A model generated the notes under the pieces. It was not told the DNA's origin. It was given only the letters and a program-made list of their open reading frames with translations, and did not search any database. Position numbers and translations under genes: made by a program. From assembly GCA_041739995.1 (NCBI GenBank), contig JBGSMV010000015.1, forward strand, positions 64,001-128,000: a DNA stretch of 64,000 nucleotides, in the 5' to 3' direction. Positions 30,905-40,883 of the stretch are shown one piece after another; the stretch's first letter is position 1; each line of letters starts with the position of its first letter. This stretch comes from Bdellovibrionota bacterium (GTDB lineage Bacteria; Bdellovibrionota_C; UBA2361; JBGSMV01).

Positions 30905-31813
30905 GTGGGGCGACTATCAAGAACGATCGCTTGGCTGGTACCGGTCGCCGCATTACTACCGTACATTCTCGGGCCGCTTCTGATCCAGTTCTCCTTCGAG
31001 GCCGAAGTCGTTCGGCCGCTGCTTGAGCGCCTGATATACTTTTGGCTGCTGTTTTTGACCTGGTCGATCGCCCTGCAAGTTGCCTTTCGATGGTTCCTGC
31101 CAACTCCGGGAAAAACGAAACCCGCTGCCCGCACCGCCTCTGGCCTTTTCGAGAGGGTCGAACCCAAGCCGAAAGTGAGATCTGTGCTTCAAGTCGCCGC
31201 CTTGGTGCTCAGCGTATGCGCGTTTCTCGTCTCATTGCAGTTCGTCCAGGCGAAGCTAGAAAACCCTCCTTTTGCCCTCGCACTGTTCAGCGTGGGGATA
31301 GTCGCCCTACAGCGCTCATACTCGGCGCGCTCTCAGATTATCCGCGCAGGCATCGCCCGAGCCGTTTCGATTACCGGCATCAGCTACCTCTCTGTATTGG
31401 TAATGAAGCCTCTACTGTCATGGGAACCCGCTCTCGTTTGTGCTGCGCTAGGACTACTTTGGGCCGGGCGCGACCTGACCCAGCACCTCTCTGAAACTAG
31501 GGAACACTCGCCCACGCAGGCAGAAGTTGCGAATCCTCGGAAACTAGCTCGTTACACTCTAAAGTCTAGAGCTGCCTTGATGTGCTTCGTTTTGGCTCCA
31601 ACTCTTGTCGCCAGTCTTTGCTATCTCGGGATACTTCCGACCGAATTCATCCTCGTTTTCGGCATATTTCCCCTACTACTCCCGCTCGCGGAACGCCTTC
31701 GACAATCAGATCTTTCAGGGCAGGACTGTGAATTTATAAGGATTCGGGGCGATATGATTTTTGTCGCATTTGCTGCTATTTTAGTCGCGGTCAACCTATT
31801 GGGGCACTTATGA
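30905..31813 (+). CDS. Multi-pass membrane protein
   Basis: About 8-9 hydrophobic segments; overlaps the next gene by ATGA. Confidence 0.7.
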   Translation: MGRLSRTIAWLVPVAALLPYILGPLLIQFSFEAEVVRPLLERLIYFWLLFLTWSIALQVAFRWFLPTPGKTKPAARTASGLFERVEPKPKVRSVLQVAALVLSVCAFLVSLQFVQAKLENPPFALALFSVGIVALQRSYSARSQIIRAGIARAVSITGISYLSVLVMKPLLSWEPALVCAALGLLWAGRDLTQHLSETREHSPTQAEVANPRKLARYTLKSRAALMCFVLAPTLVASLCYLGILPTEFILVFGIFPLLLPLAERLRQSDLSGQDCEFIRIRGDMIFVAFAAILVAVNLLGHL

Positions 31814-32670
31814 AACACTCAAGTTTTTCGCTCATTCGCATCGGTAGTTTATCTCTCGCATCAGTAGTCTTTTGTTCAGCTGTTGCTTTCGCCGCACCGG
31901 CACCTTCGGCCCCTGAATCTAACGCAGCCGTGAGTGCCCCAGGAAGCGGTAACGTAGGAAACAAAAAATCATTTGACCTCAATGAACAAGGGGTCAAAGC
32001 TCAACTTGAAGGACGAACCGAGCAAGCTGAAGGCTTCTTCCGACGGGCGGTGGCAATCGATCCGCGCAATCTGACTGCAGCGTTCAATCTCGCAAGCGTT
32101 TTAGTCATTCACAACAAAACGCCTGAAGCCATCTCGCTACTTGAAGGATATGTAAAAGAGTTCGACCAGGACCCAGGACTATTTTCAAGATTAGGCGACT
32201 CCTATTTCGCGGAAAAGAAACTTGACCCCGCATTGAAGAGCTATCAGCGCGCATTCGCCCTAGACCCGCACTACCCGCGCCTCACGAATCGCCTGGCAAC
32301 AATTTATGGTCTGAGGAACAACTCAAAGGAAGCGGAGAAATATCTTGCGCTCTCAGTAGAGCATGACCCTCGAGACTTTGAAGGCTTGGCGAGCTACGGA
32401 AGTATACTTCTTTTTAATGGCAAGGTTGACCAATCCATTCAAGCCACCAAGAGATCGTTACAAATTAAACCGACCAGCGGTGCTTACATCACCCTCGGCA
32501 CTGCCTATGAAGCCCGCGGCGATTTCGGAAATTCATTAATCTCGTTTCAGCGTGCTAGAGATTTGGGCGACACGCGCAAGGAACTCTCGGAGCGCATTGC
32601 CGGTCTCGAAAAGAAAGTGGCCAAGTCAAAGCAGCCTGGCACCACAAATAGCGCTTCCAATACGATCTAA
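31810..32670 (+). CDS. Exported tetratricopeptide-repeat protein
   Basis: Signal peptide; repeats such as AEGFFRRAVAIDP, LGDSYFAEKKLDPALKSYQRAFALDP. Confidence 0.88.
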   Translation: MKHSSFSLIRIGSLSLASVVFCSAVAFAAPAPSAPESNAAVSAPGSGNVGNKKSFDLNEQGVKAQLEGRTEQAEGFFRRAVAIDPRNLTAAFNLASVLVIHNKTPEAISLLEGYVKEFDQDPGLFSRLGDSYFAEKKLDPALKSYQRAFALDPHYPRLTNRLATIYGLRNNSKEAEKYLALSVEHDPRDFEGLASYGSILLFNGKVDQSIQATKRSLQIKPTSGAYITLGTAYEARGDFGNSLISFQRARDLGDTRKELSERIAGLEKKVAKSKQPGTTNSASNTI

Positions 32671-32707
32671 GTTCTCATTCTAGTTTCGATATCCGTAGGG
32701 TTGTGAG

Positions 32708-34225
32708 ATGGCAACGCAAGATCTGATGAGTAAGGTCGCTTCTCTATGCAAGCGACGTGGTTTTATTTTTCAGAGTAGTGAGATCTACGGAGGCCTCAAG
32801 AGCGCCTATGATTACGGCCCGCTTGGAACCGAGCTTAAGCGCAACATCGCTCAAGAGTGGTGGCGCGCCATGGTGCATGAACGAGAAGATGTCATCGGAC
32901 TCGATGCTTCAATATTGATGCATCCAACCGTCTGGAAAGCGAGTGGCCATCTTGCTGGCTTCTCCGATCCGCTGGTTGATTGCCGAAATTGCAAAGAGCG
33001 TTTCCGCGCTGATAAAGCGCCAAAACTTGCCGAAGGGACTCCGGTTACATACCGAAAGGGTGGGAAATCTTCTGAGCCTGAGCTTAAAGGAGTTGTCGGA
33101 GCGGTTGGCTACGTGTGCCCTGCGTGCGGGGGAGCCGATCTGTCGGCCGAAAGACAGTTTAATCTGATGTTTCGCACTTCAATCGGCCCGATAGATCCGA
33201 TTGAGTCTGTCGTTGATAAACTGCACGGCAAGACCCTTTCCCGCGCTGAGCTTCGAGGCGCCATTGAGGCTGCCGTTCAAGAAAGCGCTATCTATCTGCG
33301 CCCCGAAACCGCGCAGGCCATGTTTGTACAGTTCAATAATGTGCTGCAAAGCATGTCCCCAAAAATGCCCTTTGGGATTGCTCAAATCGGAAAGTCTTTT
33401 CGCAATGAAGTCGTCACCGAGAAGTTCATCTTTCGCACCTGCGAGTTCGAACAGATGGAAATGGAGTTCTTCTGTGAGCCCGGAACTCATGAGCAATGGC
33501 TTACTCACTGGACGGAGACCAGGGTAGCCTGGTGGCGACGCTACATGAATTCCCCTGAACGTATTCGCCTAAGACAGCATGATGCGGATGAGCTTGCTCA
33601 CTATGCGAGCAACTGCTTCGACGTGGAGTACGAATATCCATGGGGCTGGGATGAACTCGAAGGCGTTGCGTCCAGAACTGACTACGACCTAAAGAAACAC
33701 GCCGAGCACTCAGGCGAGAAAATTACCTACTTCGATCAACAAAAGAACGACCCTGAGTCTGGAAAACCGGGCTGGCGCTATGTGCCGTATGTCATTGAGC
33801 CCGCGGCGGGTCTCACCCGAGCGGTGTTGGCCTACTTGCTGGACGCTTACTCAGAAGAGACCGGAACGGACGCCGATGGTGCGCAGAAAACCCGCGTCCT
33901 TTTAAAACTTCATCCTCGTCTCGCACCCTACAAAGCGGCGGTATTACCACTAGTGAAAAAAGACGGGCTTCCTGACGTTGCTCGAGAGCTCGTCAATAGC
34001 TTCCTCAAAGAGGGTATCAACGCACGCTATGACGAGCAACAATCAATTGGAAAGCGCTACGCCAGACACGACGAGATTGGGACTCCATACTGCATCACCA
34101 TTGATCATCAGACACTCGAAGATAAGACGGTGACCATCCGCGATCGTGATACGACGAAACAGGATAGAGTTCGCTTGGATGATGCGCTTACTTCAGTGAG
34201 GTCAAGACTACAGGATGTCTCGTAG
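32708..34225 (+). CDS. glyQS: Glycine--tRNA ligase (homodimeric alpha2 type)
   Basis: LCKRRGFIFQSSEIYGG, YDYGPLG, YLRPETAQ, FRTCEFEQME, ELEGVASRTDYDL, IGKRYARHDEIGTP. Confidence 0.97.
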   Translation: MATQDLMSKVASLCKRRGFIFQSSEIYGGLKSAYDYGPLGTELKRNIAQEWWRAMVHEREDVIGLDASILMHPTVWKASGHLAGFSDPLVDCRNCKERFRADKAPKLAEGTPVTYRKGGKSSEPELKGVVGAVGYVCPACGGADLSAERQFNLMFRTSIGPIDPIESVVDKLHGKTLSRAELRGAIEAAVQESAIYLRPETAQAMFVQFNNVLQSMSPKMPFGIAQIGKSFRNEVVTEKFIFRTCEFEQMEMEFFCEPGTHEQWLTHWTETRVAWWRRYMNSPERIRLRQHDADELAHYASNCFDVEYEYPWGWDELEGVASRTDYDLKKHAEHSGEKITYFDQQKNDPESGKPGWRYVPYVIEPAAGLTRAVLAYLLDAYSEETGTDADGAQKTRVLLKLHPRLAPYKAAVLPLVKKDGLPDVARELVNSFLKEGINARYDEQQSIGKRYARHDEIGTPYCITIDHQTLEDKTVTIRDRDTTKQDRVRLDDALTSVRSRLQDVS

Positions 34226-34259
34226 ACGCGTAACGTCATCGTCGACAGCCGGCGCAGCC

Positions 34260-34679
34260 TTATCTGCGATTTAAGCCCGAAATGACCTCCATCATGCGTC
34301 GCGCGTCCCCTACTGCGACATGCACCGCCCCTCCAGAGCGCAGAGACAACCGCAAGGCGTGCTCGCGCTTGGGGTCATACAAGGAAGTTATGGAACTGTT
34401 CGGCACCAGATCCATGCGTTGAATATCTTCCAGTGCCACCTCGCGCTTGATCAAGCCAACACCAAAGGACAGCAACACGCCATCACGGGAAACATGAACA
34501 CTGAGACAAAAGAAATTTAAGAAGATCAAACTTGATACCACAATGGAGGTGATGGCCAGGCCAATATTTCCACGCTGCATTCCAAAAAAGAGCAACGTCA
34601 GCTCCAACGCAAACAAGATCGCAACAATGATAACACTCACTTTGGAGCTTCTGTACTCCATCGCGACTTGCTGATTCAT
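34260..34679 (-). CDS. Small membrane protein with PH-like cytoplasmic domain
   Basis: Two TM helices, then LSVHVSRDGVLLSFGVGLIKREVALEDI. Confidence 0.7.
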   Translation of the reverse strand: MNQQVAMEYRSSKVSVIIVAILFALELTLLFFGMQRGNIGLAITSIVVSSLIFLNFFCLSVHVSRDGVLLSFGVGLIKREVALEDIQRMDLVPNSSITSLYDPKREHALRLSLRSGGAVHVAVGDARRMMEVISGLNRR

Positions 34680-34763
34680 AAATCTGCTTCCTACAAGATG
34701 GTCGAGTAACCAACGTCCGCGACTTTCCGATATCCGACGGCCCAGACCGAGCCAATCACCATG

Positions 34764-35399
34764 CTAAACGCTTTCAGCTCTTTCATACGGCGCCTCGATA
34801 AATTTCTCGCCGCCTTCCAACTCAAACTGCTCTAGCAGCCGCCGGGCTGTTCGCCCAAAGACCGGGTGTGTCCAGTCTGGAGCAACCTCGACCAAGGGAA
34901 CAAGCACAAAATCGCGCCTCTGAAGCTCTGGATGCGGCAGTACCAAGCCAGTCCCTTTCACCGGCACTCTACGCTCACATTCGTCATAGCCCAATGTGCT
35001 ATTAGCAGCTCCTCCCCATTGATCGGAATCACGCCAGGATCCGCAAACGAGAGAGCCGACCCCAAGCAGGTCCAGATCGATTTTTCGCGGCATCCAACGC
35101 TGGCCATGCGGCACGACCCCCCGCTCTCGCCCGAGATTTCTCTCAATGTCCAGCAACGCCGCAAGAATTTGCTCCGGGGTCAAAGTGCTCTCACTCGCCA
35201 CTACTAGATTTAGAAACTGATTGGATACCTGCCCAGCTGAACTTTCAGGATCCACCATCGCCCGCGTCAGGTACCAGGTCGATTGTTTGGAGATTGGTCC
35301 AATTCTCACCGAAATAGCCGCAAGCGCGAGGCTCACCAAGCACTCGCGATCACCAAGATTCGAACCAATCGCAATGAGCGCTTGCATCGTTGTTCTCAC
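34764..35399 (-). CDS. folK: 2-amino-4-hydroxy-6-hydroxymethyldihydropteridine diphosphokinase
   Basis: IAIGSNLGDR, FLNLVV, IERNLGR, PRKIDLDLL, LPHPELQRRDFVLVPL. Confidence 0.93.
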   Translation of the reverse strand: MRTTMQALIAIGSNLGDRECLVSLALAAISVRIGPISKQSTWYLTRAMVDPESSAGQVSNQFLNLVVASESTLTPEQILAALLDIERNLGRERGVVPHGQRWMPRKIDLDLLGVGSLVCGSWRDSDQWGGAANSTLGYDECERRVPVKGTGLVLPHPELQRRDFVLVPLVEVAPDWTHPVFGRTARRLLEQFELEGGEKFIEAPYERAESV

Positions 35400-35459
35400 C
35401 AGTTATGACTATCCAGACTCTACTATCCAGAAACGGCAAAATTCAGGTACACTTGGCTC

Positions 35460-36002
35460 ATGAAGGCGAAAACATTCTCGTGGAAGTGGCGTCGCGGGAT
35501 CCACATTCCAACCAGAGCTTTCGGCGTAGCCGTGCTCGGGCTGCTATTTATAATCGTCCAGCCCGTCGAAGCTGAGCGAGTCTACCGTTGTTATGGGAGA
35601 GTTCAATACCGCCCCTGCGAGGCACCACCTCTGGGAGGCGCCGCAAACACCAGTATTTTTGGGCAGCACGAATTCGCCAAACCTCAAGTCTCATCAGCTC
35701 GCATCGCCCGCAACATCCAACCTCTCGAATCAGCCACATCGGCGTATGCTCGTATCGAGGGCCCGTCACTCTCCAAAGCCGCTAGCTCACCACGTGACGG
35801 AGTTTGGCGCGGGACAGTTCACGGCAATGGCGTCGTTTACCTGTACCTTGAGATATTGGAAAAAGAGCAATTATCAGAGCGCCGCTTCATAGGGAATGTG
35901 GCCCTAGAAAGAGCGGCAACTACATTCGCTTTCGTAAGTCGTTTACCTAGCGGCAGTCAGTGGACCTGGAGAGTTCGCGCACTGGCAAGTCCTTTCACCT
36001 AG
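35460..36002 (+). CDS. Exported hypothetical protein
   Basis: Signal-like segment, VYRCYGRVQYRPC (DUF4124-like), beta-rich C-terminus. Confidence 0.6.
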   Translation: MKAKTFSWKWRRGIHIPTRAFGVAVLGLLFIIVQPVEAERVYRCYGRVQYRPCEAPPLGGAANTSIFGQHEFAKPQVSSARIARNIQPLESATSAYARIEGPSLSKAASSPRDGVWRGTVHGNGVVYLYLEILEKEQLSERRFIGNVALERAATTFAFVSRLPSGSQWTWRVRALASPFT

Positions 36003-36267
36003 GGCGCTGTCAGATTTTAGCCCCCAACCCCCAGGCTAACTATCTAGACTTTATAGGATCCTAACATATTCCCTAATGGCGGAATCGGCTCGTGCCGAGA
36101 TATAATCTATATAGATGAAGGCTTTTTACCCGCTTAGGGCAAGAAGTCCCGTACCATACGGTAGCAGTAGGGGCTCTCAGATATGGTGGTTGGCTTAAGC
36201 AGCGGCCACGATTGCTTAGAGGTTCTCCTGACGGTTACCGACTTGAATAAGCGGCCTGTATAAGGAC

Positions 36268-37086
36268 ATGCGGTTGAAGACGCAGGACCCAGACGGTTCT
36301 CTTATCGGCGAATTTATCGATTCTAGCGCCGACATGAGCGAGCAGCTCAGCGAAGAGCACGCTTGTGAGCGCCCAGACTTCGATTTAAGCCCATACGACA
36401 CCCCCGCGCACTCTCTTCCTGTGACCTTTCCGAAAAGGCAAATCACCGAGATCATTTCGATCGAGTCAGATTTTTCCCTCACGTCGGACATGGCCTGTCC
36501 GTGGGAACCAAACTTTCGTCCTCATGCGCACCCCCAGATATTTCACAATGGAGTCGGCTATTGCTCACTCTCCGAAGCCTCATTCTCAATCCTCTTAGAG
36601 TACTTTATCCCGGGCTTTGACATCGTTCCTGGAAAAACGTTCCAAGTGGCAATTGGGGCTGGGCGAAGCGTCGATTTCTGTATCAATGGCACGTTAGTGG
36701 AATACCACCAACTGCGCCTGAATCCGTCACGGGGCAAGTTCGGTGACTTTAGCTCGGAATCGGAGTTCCGCGAATATCGGCGAATTCTACAGAGAGTGCG
36801 CGGAAGTAGTCGGAAACGTGCGCTACTTGAAAAGATAGTACACCAACGCTTGGCTGGACATTACTACCGGAAGCGCCGAGCCTTCGTTGATAGAAGCCCT
36901 CACTTTGCCCATTGTGATTTGGTGGTGGCCACCACGCGAGAGGAGTTCTTTGACCGAGTGGTCCGTCAATTTTCGATTCTTGCGGTTCCTTCGAACTCGG
37001 TACTTGAGAGCATGTTCTGGAAGGGAGTCAAGCAGGTGGCCGAGAATCAGGAATGCACCCCTTCGCGCAAAGATGGCCTTCCCTAG
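36268..37086 (+). CDS. Hypothetical protein with possible PD-(D/E)XK nuclease-like core
   Basis: SLSE...FQV...VDFCINGTLVEYH pattern. Confidence 0.55.
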   Translation: MRLKTQDPDGSLIGEFIDSSADMSEQLSEEHACERPDFDLSPYDTPAHSLPVTFPKRQITEIISIESDFSLTSDMACPWEPNFRPHAHPQIFHNGVGYCSLSEASFSILLEYFIPGFDIVPGKTFQVAIGAGRSVDFCINGTLVEYHQLRLNPSRGKFGDFSSESEFREYRRILQRVRGSSRKRALLEKIVHQRLAGHYYRKRRAFVDRSPHFAHCDLVVATTREEFFDRVVRQFSILAVPSNSVLESMFWKGVKQVAENQECTPSRKDGLP

Positions 37087-37165
37087 AACTCTGTGACGCC
37101 GCCCATGCCTAAATCTCTGTGCCTGAGTCACAGACTCTCCGGGAAGTGCGTATCCCCCATCGGAT

Positions 37166-40100
37166 GTGTATACTAGGCGGATGCCATTTATTCACCCATC
37201 CGAGCGTTCCCGCCTGATAGAATTCTTGCGTGCCTTAGCCCCCAGTGAAAACCTCGAACGGGGGCTAGCCCTCGCTCACGCCGAAGCAGTAACTGAGTGC
37301 AGCTTCGCCTCTAACGAAGTGCATGGCTCGGTACGCCGTGCACTGAGCGACCGCTCCTCGGAAGCCAAGGAAAGTGACGTCTCAGTAGCGCTCGCCATCA
37401 CCTCTCCCCGCCGAATCGAAGCCTCCTGCTCGTGCGAGAGCGTCACTATCGGTACGGAGCCCGCTCCACGAAAGCCTCGTGACGAAGGGGTATGGTGCCC
37501 GCACGCCGTCGCCCTGCTTTGGCGAGCTCACGAACTTGGTTTTCTCTCCGAAGACCACGGTTTTGACTCTCAGTTTTCAAATGCGCCTCGTATCGGATCT
37601 TTGGCTGCATCAGCAGGCGATTTTGCTGCTGTGGTACGAGAGCTTTCGGCGCGCACTCTCTCGGAGAGCCCCGACGCAGACTATATGCCTGAGGTTTCAA
37701 TTAGCCTCGATCTCTCCTCCGACAGACTTGGAGTACAGGTGTCCTTTGACAACGCGGTGCAGGAGCCAAGCGTCTTTGACGGCTTTCGAAAGCGATCTTC
37801 ACGAGCACTCGATGAACTTCTTATTCGCATTCTAGATGACGAAGGCGTTTGGGATGACGCGTCGCGCTTGTGGTACGTCAACTCCAGTGAAGGCATCTCT
37901 CTCGTTCTCGGACTCTTACATGAGTACCAGAAAGTCACACTGATTGGAAAACGTAAGCAAATTACAGTGTCGCAACGCGCACTCAATGCCCAACTAATGA
38001 TCCGCTGGATCGCGGCAGGCGCCGAGCTTTCGATGCGCTGGGTGCTAGAGGATAAAGGCAGCACCGCTCCGCCTGATCTAGCTCCCGTGAATGGAGTATT
38101 CGGAAATGGCCCCTATTGGACTTTGGTTGACAGCACCATTTTTAAACTTTCGAGCGAAGCCGCTAACATTCATGCACTCTTCCCGCATGGCCCCTCGCAG
38201 GCACTCGCTCGCGCTCAGCTCGCTCCGTTGCTTGAAGTTATTTCCGCCGGACTTCACCGCAGCGATTTCGTCACGATAGAGAATCCAGACCTACAACCAA
38301 TTGGAGAACCGCAGCAACCTGAAACCACCCTACGTGTCTCACGTGGGGAAATCATGGTGATGTCTGACAGAGATTCTCAGCCTCCTTCAATTGTCGGCGA
38401 ACTTGACTTCACATACCCCGAGCCGGACACCGCCAGAAACACAGTGGTACTCCCCGATCGTGGGTACGAGAAGGACTGTCACGATGCGCTCCTGATGCTT
38501 GGCTTTCGCTTCGACGCGAGCCAGCGGCGCTACTCCTGTACTAACGACCCTGCGCTTGATCTGATCTCAAAGGGACGCACTGGATTTCCCGCTGACTGGA
38601 AAGTTGAAGGCATCGAAACTCTCAAGCGCGGACTTCGTTTCACCGACTCAAAAATCTCAGTAGTACTCTCAGAAGGAAATCCAGACGGCTCGATTCAAGA
38701 TCCGGTCTCTGACAAAAAAGGCGCAAAGAAAGCGGCATCTCGTGGTTCAAAGAGCGCTCCTGCGGCCAAAATCGACTGGTTCGATTGTCATGTTTCTCTT
38801 GTCTTGAATAACTCAAATGTTCCTTTGAGCACGCTATTCAAGTCGAGTTCCAGTGATGATGACCGTTGGCTGCGCCTCGACAGTGGCGCATACACCAAGG
38901 TCCCCGGGGGTAGCGTTCGACAACTCAAGGGCATCTTGGGAATGCTCGATCCCAACTATCGACTGAGCAACTCTATACGCTCTCGACTGAGCGCTCCCGT
39001 CGCTGTGGGACTGAGCAGAAGTCCTGGCACAGATTTCTCAGTATCATGCTCGCCTGCCCTGCTCGAACTTGCGAAGCGGTTGGAGGAGTTCTCTGGGATC
39101 ACGACAGTTAAAGTACCCTCTTCGTTCAAGGGGAAATTGCGCCCCTATCAACAGCAAGGCGTCAACTGGCTTGGATTTCTCTGCGATTATAAATTGGCTG
39201 GAATTCTGGCTGACGAAATGGGACTCGGGAAAACCGTTCAGACTCTCGCTTTTCTTCTGAGTCGCGGAAACACCTTGAAGGCCCGCAGCAAAGCCTCTCC
39301 GCACACGTTCAAGAAGAAACCGACCCTCATAGTCGCGCCGACCTCAGTGATAATGAATTGGTTTTATGAAGCGCAAAAATTTACTCCGGGACTTAAATGC
39401 TTGGTGCTGCATGGCCCCAAACGCCGAGCGCTGTTCGCCAAACTCAGCGAGTACGACATTGTCATCACCTCATACGCTCTGCTTAGAATCGATCGCCTCG
39501 AGCTCGAGCGACAGCAGTTTGACTATCTGGTGTTGGATGAAGCTCAGCATATTAAGAATTTTCAGGCGGCTACCACCTCAGCGGCGAAGGGACTTAATGC
39601 GGAGCATCGACTGGCTCTCTCGGGAACGCCCACCGAGAATCGTCCGCTTGAGCTTTGGTCGATTTTTGACTTCCTCATGCCGGGCTACCTCGGCACCCAT
39701 GACTTTTTCCGTGCACATATAGAGCGCCCTATCCTTGACCAAGGCGGGTCAGTTGATGTGGCTCAAATGCTGAGGGGCAAAACTCGCCCCTTCGTTCTGC
39801 GCCGAACAAAGGCTGAAGTTGAACGCGATCTTCCTCCGAAGATCGAATCAGTGCTTCATGTCGAGATGACCGAGTCGCAGAGAGATCTCTATAACCATAT
39901 TTTGGAGGAGGTGCGGCCGCGCGTGATGGAAGCCGTAGCTCAGAAAGGGATTGCGGGAGCGAGCGTATCGATTCTCGCGGCGCTGCTGCGCCTACGACAA
40001 GTCTGTAATCATCCTAACTCCATAGACGCTCTCAAGGATCTTCCTGGCTACGACTCAGGCAAGTTCTCCCTATTCCAAGAGGTCTTAGAGGAAGCTCTAG

Positions 40101-40570
40101 ATAACGGTCGAAAGATCCTCGTGTTTGCTCAATTCAGGGAGATGTTAAAGATCATTCGCCGACATCTCGACGAGAAAAGCGTCAAATACTGCTACCTCGA
40201 TGGGGCGACGAAAGATCGCCAAAGCGCCATCGAACAGTTCAGTAACGATGAGAAAGTGCGAGTATTTCTAATTAGTCTCAAAGCAGGTGGTCTCGGACTT
40301 AACCTGACGGCGGCCGACACCGTGGTCATCTACGATCCGTGGTGGAACCCCGCAGTTGAAAGCCAAGCGGTGGATCGAGCACACAGAATCGGGCAACGAA
40401 AAACCGTTCATGTGTACAGACTGGTAACTGAAGACTCGGTGGAGCAAAAGATTATGGCACTCAAGGCCAAGAAGACCGCCATTGTTGACGCTCTCGTTAA
40501 CGACAATGGTCTGTCCGCTGCCGCTCTCACCAAGGTCGATATCGAATCGTTGTTTGCACCACTGGTATAG
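37166..40570 (+). CDS. SNF2-family helicase with N-terminal SWIM zinc finger
   Basis: CSC...WCPH SWIM; LRPYQ, GILADEMGLGKT, DEAQ, SGTPTEN, SLKAGGLGLNLT, WWNPAVESQAVDRAHRIGQ. Confidence 0.95.
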   Translation: MYTRRMPFIHPSERSRLIEFLRALAPSENLERGLALAHAEAVTECSFASNEVHGSVRRALSDRSSEAKESDVSVALAITSPRRIEASCSCESVTIGTEPAPRKPRDEGVWCPHAVALLWRAHELGFLSEDHGFDSQFSNAPRIGSLAASAGDFAAVVRELSARTLSESPDADYMPEVSISLDLSSDRLGVQVSFDNAVQEPSVFDGFRKRSSRALDELLIRILDDEGVWDDASRLWYVNSSEGISLVLGLLHEYQKVTLIGKRKQITVSQRALNAQLMIRWIAAGAELSMRWVLEDKGSTAPPDLAPVNGVFGNGPYWTLVDSTIFKLSSEAANIHALFPHGPSQALARAQLAPLLEVISAGLHRSDFVTIENPDLQPIGEPQQPETTLRVSRGEIMVMSDRDSQPPSIVGELDFTYPEPDTARNTVVLPDRGYEKDCHDALLMLGFRFDASQRRYSCTNDPALDLISKGRTGFPADWKVEGIETLKRGLRFTDSKISVVLSEGNPDGSIQDPVSDKKGAKKAASRGSKSAPAAKIDWFDCHVSLVLNNSNVPLSTLFKSSSSDDDRWLRLDSGAYTKVPGGSVRQLKGILGMLDPNYRLSNSIRSRLSAPVAVGLSRSPGTDFSVSCSPALLELAKRLEEFSGITTVKVPSSFKGKLRPYQQQGVNWLGFLCDYKLAGILADEMGLGKTVQTLAFLLSRGNTLKARSKASPHTFKKKPTLIVAPTSVIMNWFYEAQKFTPGLKCLVLHGPKRRALFAKLSEYDIVITSYALLRIDRLELERQQFDYLVLDEAQHIKNFQAATTSAAKGLNAEHRLALSGTPTENRPLELWSIFDFLMPGYLGTHDFFRAHIERPILDQGGSVDVAQMLRGKTRPFVLRRTKAEVERDLPPKIESVLHVEMTESQRDLYNHILEEVRPRVMEAVAQKGIAGASVSILAALLRLRQVCNHPNSIDALKDLPGYDSGKFSLFQEVLEEALDNGRKILVFAQFREMLKIIRRHLDEKSVKYCYLDGATKDRQSAIEQFSNDEKVRVFLISLKAGGLGLNLTAADTVVIYDPWWNPAVESQAVDRAHRIGQRKTVHVYRLVTEDSVEQKIMALKAKKTAIVDALVNDNGLSAAALTKVDIESLFAPLV

Positions 40571-40883
40571 GTCGCAAATTGCCTCGGTGCTTCCGTCCTA
40601 CCAGATGCGGCTGCTTGCACACCTCACATTCCAGTGTCCTGAGGTAGAATTTTTAAGTATCTTTCTGGCTGACCTCTTGTGTAACCCATCTCTTGTCTTC
40701 CCCTCATTAAACAAAGAGACCGGTGAGCATGGCGAGAATTGTTCATCGAAGTCTTAACCCAGGGTACTAGCAGTGCTCGTAAAAAAGTACCGGCCAAGGC
40801 CCCATTTCACAAACTCAAGACTTCCTGTGCGCGAAGTGCGACGCAGCCAGATACTCGACAAGGCGAGCAGCCTCCGGCACAGA

